This document shows positions 26,111-39,200 of a stretch of DNA of 64,000 nucleotides, in pieces. The DNA comes from Lama glama. Lineage: Eukaryota. The stretch lies in NCBI GenBank assembly GCA_028534125.1, contig CM052816.1:85500001-85564000 (forward strand), given 5' to 3'. The notes beneath the pieces are model-generated. The model searched no databases and had not been told where the DNA came from. It was given only the letters and a program-made list of their open reading frames with translations. Within the stretch, counting starts at the first letter, position 1. Every line of letters begins with the position of its first letter. The position numbers and the translations under genes are program-made.

Positions 26111-26169
26111 TTCTTTCCACTTTTTTTAAATTGAAGTATAATCAGTTTACCACGTTGTGTTGATTTCTG
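26111..26169 (-). mobile_element. 59-bp 5'-truncated L1 3' end with 11-bp TSD
   Basis: TTTTTTTAAATTGAAGTATAATCAGTTTAC...GATTTCTG; TSD GGTTTAATCTT at 26100-26110 and 26170-26180. Confidence 0.8.
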
Positions 26170-26350
26170 GGTTTAATCTTAATAATGGAATAGTAGATTA
26201 TTTTAGTCTTATCTTTTAAAATTTCTAAATTATGTAGACTGGTAATATATATTTCACTATCAGGAAAGGGCAACTCAGTGCAAGCTATTTTTTTAAGAAA
26301 AAAAATTTATCTAGTTAGAAGAAAAACAAATATAATCCAGTTGACTCTAG

Positions 26351-26887
26351 TGATATGAGTATGGGCTCTTGAAGGGATTTCAGAGCCAATCAAAGAAAAG
26401 GGTATGACCATACATGAACTTTCTTGGGTGGTTCTGGAACTGGTTTGCATGGAAGAAGTTCCTCAACCCCAGACTGTCCAAAAGCTACAGCGGGGCCCCC
26501 ATCTAGAAGATGAGGAGGGCAAGGGGACTCCGGGGGAGAGAGATACCAAGGAGAGGTCCTACATGTCTAAGCAATGTCACCTGCCAGCAGGACAGGCTGT
26601 CTGAGTCAGAACGCTCTGGCAGGAAATAGTGACTTGGGGTCTTTACGACGCAAGTCTTCTCTTACCCATGGCTCACCGATTTGGGATGTAACTTCACTGG
26701 GTGTGCAAAGCAATCAGGCTACTATTGGCTAAAATTCGGCTTATTTGGTCTATGTTTGAAACAAACAGATGTGTAAAAATTTGGTACTAGTCGGCTTTTG
26801 GGCTAACAGCGTACGTAGCTCACGTAAAAAAAATAACCAACTTAGAGGCCAATTTACAAAAGCCATCTTTGACTCATTTATATAACA
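26351..26887 (-). mobile_element. ERV solo LTR
   Basis: TG...CA termini (TGATATGAG / TTATATAACA), GC-richer than flanks, CCAAT boxes on the minus strand; no clean TSD. Confidence 0.6.
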
Positions 26888-27484
26888 CATCGGAAGTCCA
26901 ACACCTAAAGAAGATGCTCAGTAAACATTTTATGTCCCTGAAATAATTTTATACTTCAGAAAATGGAATCCAAGGACAATAAGAGGCTTCCATGAATTCA
27001 CTCAGCTGGCTAGCCACAAAGTCCTGTGACTGGGTGCTTCTAAATTACAGCCAATTCTTCTGTCCATCACTATTTCTTCTTCAAACATTGTTAAAAAGTT
27101 AATGAATTTACACATGTATTTCCAAATTCTCAGTTTACAGATGTATTCACCAAATTCAACTTCTGGTTTTTGAATACTGAATACCAGTTTCTTTGCTTCA
27201 TGTAAGGCAAGTGATAGTGAATAATGCACAATCTTATCTTTGAGACTTCTGAACATGGAAAATTATTATGGTTTAGCTAAATTTTGTGATTGTCTATGTG
27301 AGGTAGATATACAGATATACACATATGGATATAGGTTTATCCTCAGAATAGTCTTCCATATTTAAATATATAGGACATTGATTTTATGAATAAGGAGGGA
27401 AATTTTGTATCCAAAGATCACTTATATGTGTGACAGATGGTTTAGTAGAAAGAGTTCTGAGCTAGAAGTTCTTTGATGTGAGTT

Positions 27485-27787
27485 CTTAAATTAAATAAGA
27501 GACTGAGGTGGCTCTAATGCTATGGACTCCTACATAAGCAAACAGAAATCTAAGCCTGTAAATCCCTCACGGTCATAAAATTGAAACCTGAGGACAACCA
27601 ATTACAAAGTAGGCTTTAAGCTATAGCCAATCAATAGTTTTAATTTCTTCCAACTTTTCTCTATGAAGGTCTCTCCCTGACTTGCTGGAGTGCTCCTAAC
27701 CACTTCCAGTTTGGCACTGCCTGATTCAATTTGCCTAGCTCGAATAAACTCTTAATGTTCTAATATGCCTCAGTTTACCATTTAACA
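27485..27787 (+). mobile_element. ERV1 solo LTR
   Basis: CCAAT boxes (ACCAATTAC, AGCCAATCA), AATAAACTC, terminal CCTCAGTTTACCATTTAACA. Confidence 0.75.
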
Positions 27788-28524
27788 GTTCCAATTCTGG
27801 CTCACACACTAACAAAAAGATTGAAACTTTTAGGAAATACTGAGACTACACTTGAAGTATAATAACTCTAAGGGTATTTGTTAATGTGTAGAATCTCAAA
27901 AATGATGAGAATGTTATAATTTAAGGCATTAAATGTATAAGTTCCAGAAAAATGTAAGGGGTCATATTGCCTTTTGTAGCCTTAAATATTTATTAATTTT
28001 TGTTGCATATCCTGTATAAAATTGATAGTTTTAATTAACTGCTTTTTAAAATACTTTTATTTTTGATATTTCTTTGAGATAAAATAATATCTAATGGCAT
28101 TATTAGAAAAATAACTTTACTATTACTATTATTTTTATTACTATAATAATTGTACTTTGATTATGGAAAAATAAGAATATCCATAAAGACTTGGCATGTA
28201 TGTGTATGCATTCATGTGCATCTTTCTATGGACCTGTTTTTCTACTCAGAATATTATATAATTTTTATAGACAGAGAAAGAACTGTTAGAATTCAGATGA
28301 GTAAGCTAGCAAATATAATTTTATTCACCTTCTCAACTAATAATATTGCTAAACATTATTTCCTGTGAAAATATTGATAATAAAAGAAAAATTATCTGTT
28401 TTAGATGAAATGGACCAAATACCAATGACATGTACACTTAATGAAAGCAAGAAGGAGAAGGACTCCAGCAGAGAAATGATTTTTGAGGACACAAAAAAAA
28501 TCAGTGGTTATTCAGAGCTACAGG

Positions 28525-29665
28525 TGTAGGGTAGGAAAAATAATTTTTCATCTTTCTTCTAGGCTGAGCCCTCTTATAATAAAAGATAAACAGGAGTGCA
28601 ACAAAGAAGTTTAATAACATGGGTACTTCCTGTGTACATGGGAGACACCCAGGAAAACTGAATTACTGTCCAAAATGGCCCAAACAGCCGTCTTAAGTAC
28701 TGTTTCCAGCTAAAAACAAAAGAAGTGGGGGTGCAGTTATGAGAGGTATCAAGAAAAGCACTTTAAAAGGTAGAACTCTTGTGCAGGCTTAGATAATTGC
28801 CTTCTCCGTGGATAAACACTTGCTAGAGGATTAGTTATCCTTCTCTTCCTGGGTCCTGGAACAGAGAAGAAGATACCTTTACAAACGGAGATTTCCCTAT
28901 AAATATCTGTTACAAAGTGGTACATTTACTCTGTTTTCAGAGCTGTTCCTTTATCTGCTGTATCTGAGACAGGAAGGGGGCAGGGCACAGCCTTTTAACG
29001 AATAACAGAGAAATTAACAACAGAATGGTGAAAGATTCAATCCAAAGTAGGCCTTGAGGCTTACGATGGTGGGAGATTTGACTTCTACCAGACCTTGAGT
29101 TTCATTATACGCCCATTGTAATATATGAACAAGGTGAATAACATGCCCTCAGGTGCCATGACAGTCCCAAGGCTAGCCACGAAAGGTCAAAGAGTAGGAA
29201 ATGGCCAACTTCCTGAGAATCCCAGCCTCTTCCCCAGGCTACTTAGACTGGTCCTTCCACTTATCAACATATGAAGCCACTGAGCCCAGGAAAGCTGGCA
29301 ACATTGTGCCTCCTGGCAGCCTCTCTCTCTTCTTCCTATTCAGGCTTGCAATCTGTCTATGGAGTGTGTACCTACTTTTACTCTGAGCACCCAACCCCCA
29401 CACTTCGTGGCCTTTCTCTTGCCTTTTGATGTATCTCTAAATAAATCTACCTTTACTCAACTGTGGCTCGCTCTTGATTTCTTTCCTGTGCGAAGCCAAG
29501 GACTCACACTTGGTGTGGCATGTCCCAGGGGCTCAACTGGGGCCTGGGACAGGGCCCTGCTCATGCCCCACACCTGTTTTTCCTGCATCATATCTGTCAA
29601 CCTAAAATATTCCTTATGTTAAAGAGACATAAGTTAGCATGGCAAATTGTTCCTGTTCATAGGCA
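28525..29665 (-). mobile_element. ERV1 (MER4-group-like) LTR, host of a nested LTR
   Basis: TGTAGGGTAGGAAAAATAATTTT start, GGAGATTTCCCTATAAAT; resumes after 29594 (CAACCTAAAATATTCCTTATGTTAAAGAGACAT). Confidence 0.65.
28965..29590 (+). mobile_element. ERV1 solo LTR (626 bp) with 4-bp TSD
   Basis: TGAGACAGG...CCTGCATCA termini, AATAAA near 29440, TSD TATC at 28961-28964 and 29591-29594. Confidence 0.88.
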
Positions 29666-30075
29666 AAATATAACTTATCAAAAATAATTTACATGGTATG
29701 CAATATGAAGATATTGCAAAAAGCATCATTATATTTGATATATAACTGGAAACAAGTATGTATAACAAGAGATTTAAAAGAAGATACTCTGAGAGTTGCG
29801 ACAATATACCTTTCATGTTTTTTTTTAACATGCTTTAATTGTAGTTTTCTAATTACATAAATTATTTTTCAAGTTAAATAAAAGTATTAGGACATCATCC
29901 CCTGCCTCCCCTTAAACAGCTAACAATGATGGATAGGTGTTTTCCTAGGATGGTGATAACATAAATTAAATCTCTATACACATTCTTGAAAACTATAGAG
30001 TCAACAGAGAGAGCAAGTAAATCCAGCCACAGCCCACATCTACAGAAGGACCAGGAGACAGAATCCAGTGCCTTG

Positions 30076-31240
30076 GTCCACTGAAATAAATGCACAGCCT
30101 AAAAGTTGAGAGTTATGTTTTATTTGGCGGGAAGACTAGAGCCGGGATGACAGCCTCTCAGATTGCTCTGAAGAGGTAGGTGAAGAGCTAGGATATATAA
30201 GAGCTTTACTAAAAAGACCAGGTAGTTGGAACAATAAAAGATTACTTTTTACTTATCTAAAGAAAAACAGGCATCTCAAATTAAAGAATGTAGTGCTATT
30301 CTATGTAAGGGAGGAAGCAAACATTTGNNNNNNNNNNNNNNNNNNNNNNNNNNNNNNNNNNNNNNNNNNNNNNNNNNNNNNNNNNNNNNNNNNNNNNNNN
30401 NNNNNNNNNNNNNNNNNNNNNNNNNNNNNNNNNNNNNNNNNNNNNNNNNNNNNNNNNNNNNNNNNNNNNNNNNNNNNNNNNNNNNNNNNNNNNNNNNNNN
30501 NNNNNNNNNNNNNNNNNNNNNNNNNNNNNNNNNNNNNNNNNNNNNNNNNNNNNNNNNNNNNNNNNNNNNNNNNNNNNNNNNNNNNNNNNNNNNNNNNNNN
30601 NNNNNNNNNNNNNNNNNNNNNNNNNNNNNNNNNNNNNNNNNNNNNNNNNNNNNNNNNNNNNNNNNNNNNNNNNNNNNNNNNNNNNNNNNNNNNNNNNNNN
30701 NNNNNNNNNNNNNNNNNNNNNNNNNNNNNNNNNNNNNNNNNNNNNNNNNNNNNNNNNNNNNNNNNNNNNNNNNNNNNNNNNNNNNNNNNNNNNNNNNNNN
30801 NNNNNNNNNNNNNNNNNNNNNNNNNNNGGGAAGACTAGAGCCGGGATGACAGCCTCTCAGATTGCTCTGAAGAGGTAGGTGAAGAGCTAGGATATATAAG
30901 AGCTTTACTAAAAAGACCAGGTAGTTGGAACAATAAAAGATTACTTTTTACTTATCTAAAGAAAAACAGGCATCTCAAATTAAAGAATGTAGTGCTATTC
31001 TATGTAAGGGAGGAAGCAAACATTTGGGCTCACTGAATTTATTCCTTTGACAAGCACCCAGCTATCTAGGGCCAGCATCCTGTCCTTGCTTATTCTGAGT
31101 CCCCTCAGGGTGTACCATTGTGATGGGCTGCAGAGGCTGGGCTGCAAGCTTGTCTTCACTAGGGGGTGGCGGCAGCAGCTGATGACTTGATGGCTTTAGC
31201 ATTCTTTGTTTACTGATATGGTTTGCACCTTCAAGTTCAC
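30076..31240 (-). mobile_element. ERV1 solo LTR spanning an assembly gap
   Basis: AAAAGTTGAGAGTTATGTTTTATTTGG, GACAGCCTCTCAGATTGCTCTG, CTTTGTTTACTGATATGG are artiodactyl ERV1-LTR-like motifs. Confidence 0.8.
30328..30827. other. Assembly gap (500 N)
   Basis: Run of N. Confidence 1.
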
Positions 31241-31394
31241 GTAAATGAGAGGAATTTCTGGGGTGGGCTCAGGCATCCATAATAGAGCAGAGAATCAGGA
31301 AGGAAAAGAAATGAGTGCAGTGGAGTTTCAGTGGTACAGGCACAGATATTTTCACGCAAAGAAGAGCCCCACTGTGAGAGGAAAACTGGGAGAA

Positions 31395-31889
31395 TCTGGA
31401 GCTGGATGGCACTCTCTGGAGTCATAAAACCCCCATTCCTGGGATCTCTGTGTGCCTGGAGCCATTGACACCTTACCCCCCACTCTCCTCTGCATACTTG
31501 CATTTCTGCAAGATATAAAACATCTTCTCTTGATGTATGTTTATCCTAATAAAACTCATCGCCCCAGGAGATAGCCTGGTTCACAATACCCCAGGTCTCA
31601 CATCCTTAGCAAAGTCTTAAAACCGATTGTTCAGAGAAGTCCCTGACAGATCTTACAACCAACCAGATATCTGTGCATGAATTGATCATGCAGTCCCTCT
31701 ACTCCTGGTGTGCACAGCCCCCTCCCCCAATAAAAGACCCTGCATGCCCACCCTCATGCTCATGCAGGCTCCTCTCATCTGTGGGCTGCTGTTGCCTATA
31801 GCAGCCTAACTGTTAAACTTTCCTAAACTCTTCTCAGTCTCTGGTAATTCTTCACCGTGTCACCAGCCCACCACGTTGTGCCCACAACA
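31395..31889 (+). mobile_element. ERV solo LTR (family A, copy 1) with 5-bp TSD
   Basis: Ends in CCCACAACA; TSD GAGAA at 31390-31394 and 31890-31894; collinear with 48534-49122 (shared ATTGTTCAGAGAAGTCCCTGACAGATCTTACAACCAA). Confidence 0.85.
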
Positions 31890-32271
31890 GAGAATTAGAG
31901 CAGAGTACAGGCTGCTGGGAAACTGAAATAGATTCTCAGTTGTGTATGGCATCAGGGAGCAGACTTGGGATGGCAGCATGGGTGGAAAGGACAGGAGAGA
32001 TGTACCTTAGGTGACTTTGTATAGAAGAAAAAGACAGAATAAAGTAGTAGAAATAACAAGAGCATCACAGTTTTGAAAACCATACTTGTCTCTAATGTAA
32101 TATTTTATTGAAATAAATGCACTTTATTTTACTAACAGTAGAGTTGATATTGTAATGAGAAACTTAGTTACCTAATGAAACACCTCACACCGTTTATAGT
32201 AATAATTGTTAGTGCCTTTCAACGAAAGTTTAAATTATTTAATATAGTAAGCAGAAAAAAAAGTCTGCTTC

Positions 32272-32844
32272 TGAAACAGAGCAGGACCTTGTGGCAGAAA
32301 TCCCTGGTACAAATCCTTCCTGTCCCCTTTCTTTATTGTAGGAAATAGGCTTGATTCAGCCTCCTTGAACTTCCCTGAGTTCCAAAGGGCCAATTCAAAG
32401 AGTTGCTAATCAGGAAAGGGAGGGATTCAGAGACTAGGGAGGAACAGTCAAGAATACTGCAGGTCTCAGGCAGGGTCCTGGTTCCTCCTCAAGGAATATA
32501 CACAACAATGTCTTTGAGTTCTTTCTGCAGAAACTAATGCCCCCCCCCCCCGTGGAGGATGATAACTTTAAACAGAGCACAAGATTCCTGGACCCTCACC
32601 TCCAACCTGTTACCTCATCACCAACCAATCAGAAGAAAGTCACACACCCAACAGCCCCCCCCCACCCCAACTTTGCCTGTAACAACTTCTCTCTGAAAAC
32701 CATGAAAGAGTTTGGGTATTTCAAGCACAAGTCACCATCCCCCTTGCTTGGTGCTGCAATAAACCTTTCTCTGCTCCAAACTCTGATGTTTCCATTTGTT
32801 TGACCACACTGTGCATCAAGCACACAAACTTTTGTTCAGTAACA
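32272..32844 (+). mobile_element. ERV1 solo LTR
   Basis: TGAAACAGAGCAGGACC...CAGTAACA termini, ACCAATCAG, GCAATAAACCTTTCTCTGCTCCAAACTC. Confidence 0.85.
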
Positions 32845-32849
32845 GTCAT

Positions 32850-34300
32850 ACATAAAAAGGTATTATAAAACAATATAGAAAGTGAGAAATGAAATGTTCA
32901 CATAATGATAATATTAAGCTAGCAGGAAAAAAATAATAAAATGCTTCAATACAAATTAAATACTTTTAAATTAGCAATTTTAGCTAAGAAAGTACACAAT
33001 GAATCAGCAATTTTTAAAACTCATAGTAGAGTTTTAAAAAGAGTAACAGTATGATTGATATGAGAAGAGAATTTTTTAAATTCACTGAAAAAAATTACCA
33101 AAACAGAAGAGACAGTTATAAGATGGTCAGGAAGCAGTGTCACTGTGAAGAGAAACAAAATGGTGAAGAGAATGAAAACCATAGAATGTGGGGGAAAAAA
33201 AAATGGAGAGAGTGAAATATTTAGAATGCTCAAGCTCTAATTCTAAACCTAACCTTAATCCAATGTGCAAATGAGAGTTCTCAAGAAGAACAAATAAAAC
33301 AAAGGGATAGAAATAATATTTAAAACTATTATTCATAGTTTTAATTTCTGTATTGAAAGTTTCATCACTTAGGAAGGTTGTACCGTGACTGGCAGTTTTA
33401 GAATATACCCTTATAAGGCTATTAGGCATAGGGGAAAAAATGCTAAACATCCGGGCAAAATGATAAGTCAGATATAAAGAAAATCAGATCAACAACCAGC
33501 TTTCTTTACAACACACGAAATAAGACAACAGTGAAATAGTATTTTAAAAACCACAAAGAAAATAAGTGAGCAACATTTTGACAAGCTGTACTTCAAACTA
33601 CAAAGACTATAAGAATAATTGAGTTTTTAAGAATGTAGTCATGCTTATTTTCTAAAGAATCAAGATTGCTGAGACTTCAGTGAAGAACTACAGTCAGCAA
33701 TAAATATATTTAAGTGTAGTTCATAGAATCAAACAAAGGTGAGAACAACAAAAAAAACTAATACTATTTAAATTTCATAGGTTCCATTAAAATGGAAATA
33801 AAATCTGAGAAACAAAATAACCTCATTGATCACATAGGTAATGAATAAGAGTCAAGGATATCACACAAAGATAATAAAATAAAATGTGGAAACCTAATTA
33901 ATTAAAAAGAAGACTAAAGATACTATGAAGTGTATTATTCTAAATTAATAATCTGGACAGAATCAAAATATTTATAGAATTTAGAATTATTACAAAACAG
34001 CAGAGAAAATATACTACATTTAATACATACATGAAGTAACTTAAGATCTAATGGAAATAGGAAACTAAGTATATTTATAAATGATTTTAAATATTTTGCT
34101 TTTGGATTTACTCATTACTCAAAATCTAAGTTTATTCTGTATAAGAAACTTACCTAAAATAGATAGACCCATAAAGTTTAAAGAGATGAGCAGAGTTATA
34201 CCAAGAAAACACAAGCAATAAAAAATCCGGGTTTGTAATATTGCCATCAGACAGGTTTTTAAAAATATTTTTTGAATACATAAATGTATAACTTTAGAGA
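32850..34300 (+). mobile_element. Highly decayed ancient L1 (ORF1 to ORF2 start region)
   Basis: A-rich strand bias and degenerate L1M ORF1-like motifs; weak by eye. Confidence 0.45.
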
Positions 34301-34646
34301 TGATTTGGTCTGGGAGCATAAGAGGTTATGTACTTCCCAAAACAGTCTGTGTATGTAGGTAGATAAAGATAAATGAATACCCAGATTAGATTTGGTTAAA
34401 ATAAACTGATGTTCTGAATTACTGAATAAGCCACCCTTGGAATTAAGCTATAGATTTAATGGGAATTAGAACACATATAATATTTTTCATTATTTCATAC
34501 CAATTAGTATTATTATAGGAATTCATAGTAGTTATCTTAGAAGAGTTATATTTTTAAGGAGTAAACATAATTTTAAAAATATATGAATATGTTAAGATTC
34601 AAAAGAAGTGGGAAATTGAGCAGATTGCAAAAAAATCTTAATTAAT

Positions 34647-34684
34647 TCTGCAGTCCTCTGCTCTACCAGTTGAGCTATTAAAGG
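34647..34684 (-). pseudogene. tRNA-Tyr 5'-half retropseudogene
   Basis: Minus strand CCTTTAATAGCTCAACTGGTAGAGCAGAGGACTGCAGA versus mammalian tRNA-Tyr CCTTCGATAGCTCAGCTGGTAGAGCGGAGGACTGTAGA (33/38); flanking degenerate direct repeat. Confidence 0.8.
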
Positions 34685-35716
34685 GTGCAAGGAAAAGCTT
34701 AATTTTAGGGAATGCAGACTGGATGAATTCTGCATGATTTTTCAGGTAAGATGTTATAAATAAAGAAATATTGCTAATATAAAGGGGGAAGTGGAAGGAA
34801 TTTTTATTGGTTCTTAGGGAACAGCAAGCTCAAGTAAGTTAGGCTTTACACTTTCTGAAAGCAATGTTCCCAAGGCTTTCTGGCCTGACTGAATGGTCTA
34901 TGTCCACCTGAGAGATGCATGTCTTCAACAGATGATGGTTACAGCATACTCAAAAGAACTCAGCAGAATTAATAGAATGATGGAATGAAGAAGAGTAGAG
35001 ATAATGATGTTGGCGGCAGCATGGAGATGCATTAATGACAGTGATGGATGAAGCCGATCCATGAAGACCATGAACTTCATCCATGTGGCTACTCATGCTG
35101 AGTTTCTTCACCCAGAAAACTGGCTGACCAAGGGAGAACTAAAGTTAAAAGAGATGTTTTACTAACATATCTTCAGACAACTTATGACCAGTGCAGGAAA
35201 ACATCTTGCTATTTAACATGGGAAGCTTCAACATAAGCTATTTTTAAATATTTAAGCTGTGTTGGAGCCATGTTTCCACATTAGAAGTACACAGAGGTTC
35301 AAGGGAAGAAAAAGAAAGTGGAGATAAACCTAGTTTCTGCAGTCTACCCTCAGAATCATGTAGTGAGTTGTATGCCCACTTTGGCTCTGTTTAAATGTTT
35401 ATTTTTTTGTAAATGCAAGGTATATACAGTCAGCACAATGCTACATTTAAAACAATTCAATGTTCATAATCCAACAAAATCATTTACAATTCCTATGCCT
35501 ACAAAATCAGTAACGTGATACAGATGCTAATTTTCCTCCTGACTATTGCTGGCTCTTATATAAGAGCTATCAACAATGTCTAGTGTATTACATGAACAAT
35601 TCAGACTGATTCCTACTAAGGAGTCAAGCAAATAACCAGAAAAATAAACCATATCATCTGTCAACCATATTTGATGATTAAATTATTCCAATATACTCAT
35701 CACTATAGAAATAACT

Positions 35717-36284
35717 TGTTATTCAAGGAGTCAAAATGGCTTCCCTGATGCTAAGACAGCTCAAAGAATATACTATGACTAATTTGCTTGTTTTCTTCAA
35801 ATTCTTTCTAGCTGACTAACCTGTTTTCCCTTCTGCTACTACTATTGTTTGATTTGCCTGATTGATTACGTGCTTAGCAACCTGAACCCTATGCTTTAGG
35901 CCTCACCCTAAATAATTTGGACCTAAAACCAGAAGCTATGTTTCAGGAAGGTCACATGGTGATAACCTTAGGAAAATGATCAGATCTTCCAGAAGCCCCC
36001 AGGACACCAAATGGATTAGATCAAGATAGGAGAGGTCACGGGCAGATGATCCTTGAGTGGACCACCTGAAGTTCTCCTGATGCCCGATGAACTCTTGTAA
36101 AAGAACAATGTTGACTGATAATCACTGCTGCACCCCATCCTGGATTCATAGTTCCCAAGGCAGTAGCCTGCTGTGACTCCCCTTAGCCCCTCAAAGCAAT
36201 AAAACTGCTCTTTTCTTTGCTCCCAAACTCTGCCTCTGAGTTTGATTTTGCTTTTCGGGGTGCAGAGGCCGTTTTTTGGTAACA
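35717..36284 (+). mobile_element. ERV1 solo LTR
   Basis: TGTTA...GGTAACA termini, GCAATAAAACTGCTCTTTTC, U5-like GGGGTGCAGAGGCCG. Confidence 0.82.
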
Positions 36285-39200
36285 TTATTCTCTGTCTTGT
36301 ATGGCCTGAAATTCACTGTGTAATACAAAGTAAATTTGACCCTGGTAAATCTTGAGGCTTCCATTGCTCTATAATAGATTGAACACAGGGTTAGGTATGA
36401 GGCAACATAAAATGTTTATTTTGCATTCACATAAAATCATGGTCAGTTTGCCTTTTTAAAATTAGTAAGCCACCATATTATTCATTTATCACATTTAAAA
36501 ATTTTATATACTGATTACTCTTTGTTGTCTGGTGAATATTTATTCTTTTCCATATTTGAAACAAATCAAAGAGAAATTTTCAGTTTGTTTTTCCATTGGA
36601 TTTCAACTATTTTCTCCAATTTTGAAAAGAAGAAAAATGTTTCAAATCTTAATGAATTAAGCTGAAATTTTGACTTCTATGCTTTTTAGAACTATGACAG
36701 TCACACAAAATATTTATACAGTGTCCACTATATACAGTATGAGAAATACAAATGCTATTCAGATACAATTATCTTTTCTAAGATTTTAAATTCTAAAATG
36801 TTTACTAAGAGATGGACATAAACATAGGATAGAAAAGTATGAGTCATAAGAGAGTTTAAAATCTGGGTCATTTTTTAATTTAGAAGAGAAAGAAATTGCA
36901 TTAGCATAGGTCTTGAAGGATCAAGAAATATTTTGTGTCAGTTGAGACCAACCCTGAAGTGTAAGTTGAATGTGGAGCCAGGGAGGTGAACCAGGACCAA
37001 GGAGCATTTTCAGAGGAAAAATGGAGATCTGAAAGCATAAACATATAGAAGAGGCAGCTTAGTATTATGGTTCATTAAAGGGATTAGAAAAAGATAAGGC
37101 TGAGAAAGTTGACTGAGGTTAGTTCAAGCAGAAAATTAAACATCAGGAAAATAAAATTGGAGTGCAAAAAAAAGGCATTGACAATTTTGTTTTCATTGCT
37201 GTTCTTTGTTTGCTTGGAACCTGAAACCGTATCAGATCCTATGGGAGAGAGACGGAAAAACCAGGAAAACTTTATGGATATTCTAGGCAAGATACACTGA
37301 GAGCATGAACTGGAGAACTGGCAGTGTAGAGGTACCAAAGAATAATCTTGGTTATATTTTAGAATTCTTTATATTTTCTTAATGCAATAAAGAGAAAAAT
37401 ATATATGCTAGTCTTTGTATGAAAAGAAAGGCAAAAGTTTCAACTTAGCTAGTTATTACTCTAATATGAATTAAAACATACAATAATCATAGATAATGTT
37501 ACATTGGTCACTGAGTCAAGCAAGAAACGTGTTTTGATTTCAAAATAATTTTCAAGTATTATATTTTATAAAGAACCTCAGTATTCTGATTTTGATTTTG
37601 ATGAGAAAAAACTCATTCAATAATAAAATGCTCCTCCTTTTAGGTCCCATGCTGACTGGATGAGAAACAGTAAGTTCTTACAAGGGCTGAAGCTTCTCTG
37701 CAGGGCAAGAATGTTAAAGTGCCCTCTTGCTTTTCACCACATGTTGAGATACAACTCAAACTCAGTCACTTTCCACCTATGATCAGATCAAACACCAACT
37801 ACTGCTGCTTTTGTTCCAAAAAAGATTATTCCCATTATATTCCTCTCTAGTTTTATACACTTTCAGGAAATACACACTGAGAATTACAGTATCTTGCCTT
37901 GGAATCTCATCAGGGAGAACACAGGATTACTGATGTAAGTGGCACTGCTCTGTTGTTCTTTATGACACACACTATATTTTTCCTTAATAAACATGCCTGA
38001 TAAAAAGGAAACAGACAGTGGGTTTGAGAGCGTTTAGATAACTAAATCCAGAAGTAACACTGCAATTCTTTAATAGGAATTGTTAAAAATACTAGTTTGG
38101 TACTTGTAGGGGGCCAGGGACTGGACATTATCAAAATTCAAGTATTGTATAACTAAAAAGATCTAAGTGCTGTTTCAGAACAGGGCACCAGAGATCAGTG
38201 GGTTATTTTAGGATACAGTATATTGAGGAGTAATGTGGTGAATATTGGTTTGAAGCTTTTTAAAACTGAAATGCTATTGTGTAGTTAGAATTTACAAAGG
38301 AGGAAAAACTCAGTTTTAAGTAAGAGTTTGCCTAAGAGTCATGAAAGCATGAGATGCTCCCATGCCTCCCTGCACAAGGTCACCTGGCACAGTGACATGG
38401 AATAAATATAATAACATGGTTAGCTGGAGACCAAAGATGTCACCCAGATGCTAAAAGGTGTTTTTCCCAAAGAAAGGAATATTATTTAAAGTGTAGAGAT
38501 GAAAGAAAGAATAAAAAGAAATAATACATATAAGATTAAGCATACATAGTCTGTATATATCAGTAATGCTGCATTGTAAAGTTATATGTTAAGATAGGAT
38601 TAAAGAACATGGCTACACAGTAACAAGATGTAGGAGAGTGGTGCATGGAGAAAGTGCACTAAGGCCTTTGAAGGGTGGAGGAGACAGTTCCTCTAATTAC
38701 ATGAACTAATGATAATTCAAGAGAAACACAGAGCTCATATTTAGACACAGTCTGTCCATGGTGAAGAATGTCATGATATTTATGCGACTTGGCTGAATCA
38801 GTCTCTTAGTTTTGCAGTCATAGGGCTGTGACCACCAAAATTTTAGTTCTTAGAATGTTTGCGCATGTTACATACTGACTCACATAGCTGGATCCACATC
38901 CCCACTGGTGCTCTTTAGAAAAGTTAGGAGCACATTCAGAAAAAGAAGATTCAAAAAGTAAAATAAAAATATTTGGTATACATTAAAGACTGAGGGGCTT
39001 CTCTTATACTAAACACATATTAAAATGGTTTTACTTTTATGAGGAAGGAATGCTTTAATGAAAAGAAAAAGCTAACACTTCCCCTAACGGCCAAATGCCA
39101 GTAGACCTCTGGAATCAACCTGGTCTTGAAATAAAATGAAAATTTGATGTAGGAGTCAGAGTATATACCTGTTACCTGGGTAACATTGTTATTAACAGCT

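Noticed and set aside
30293..30849. Longest ORFs in the track (181 and 174 aa)
   Set aside because: Artefacts of translating the 500-N gap.
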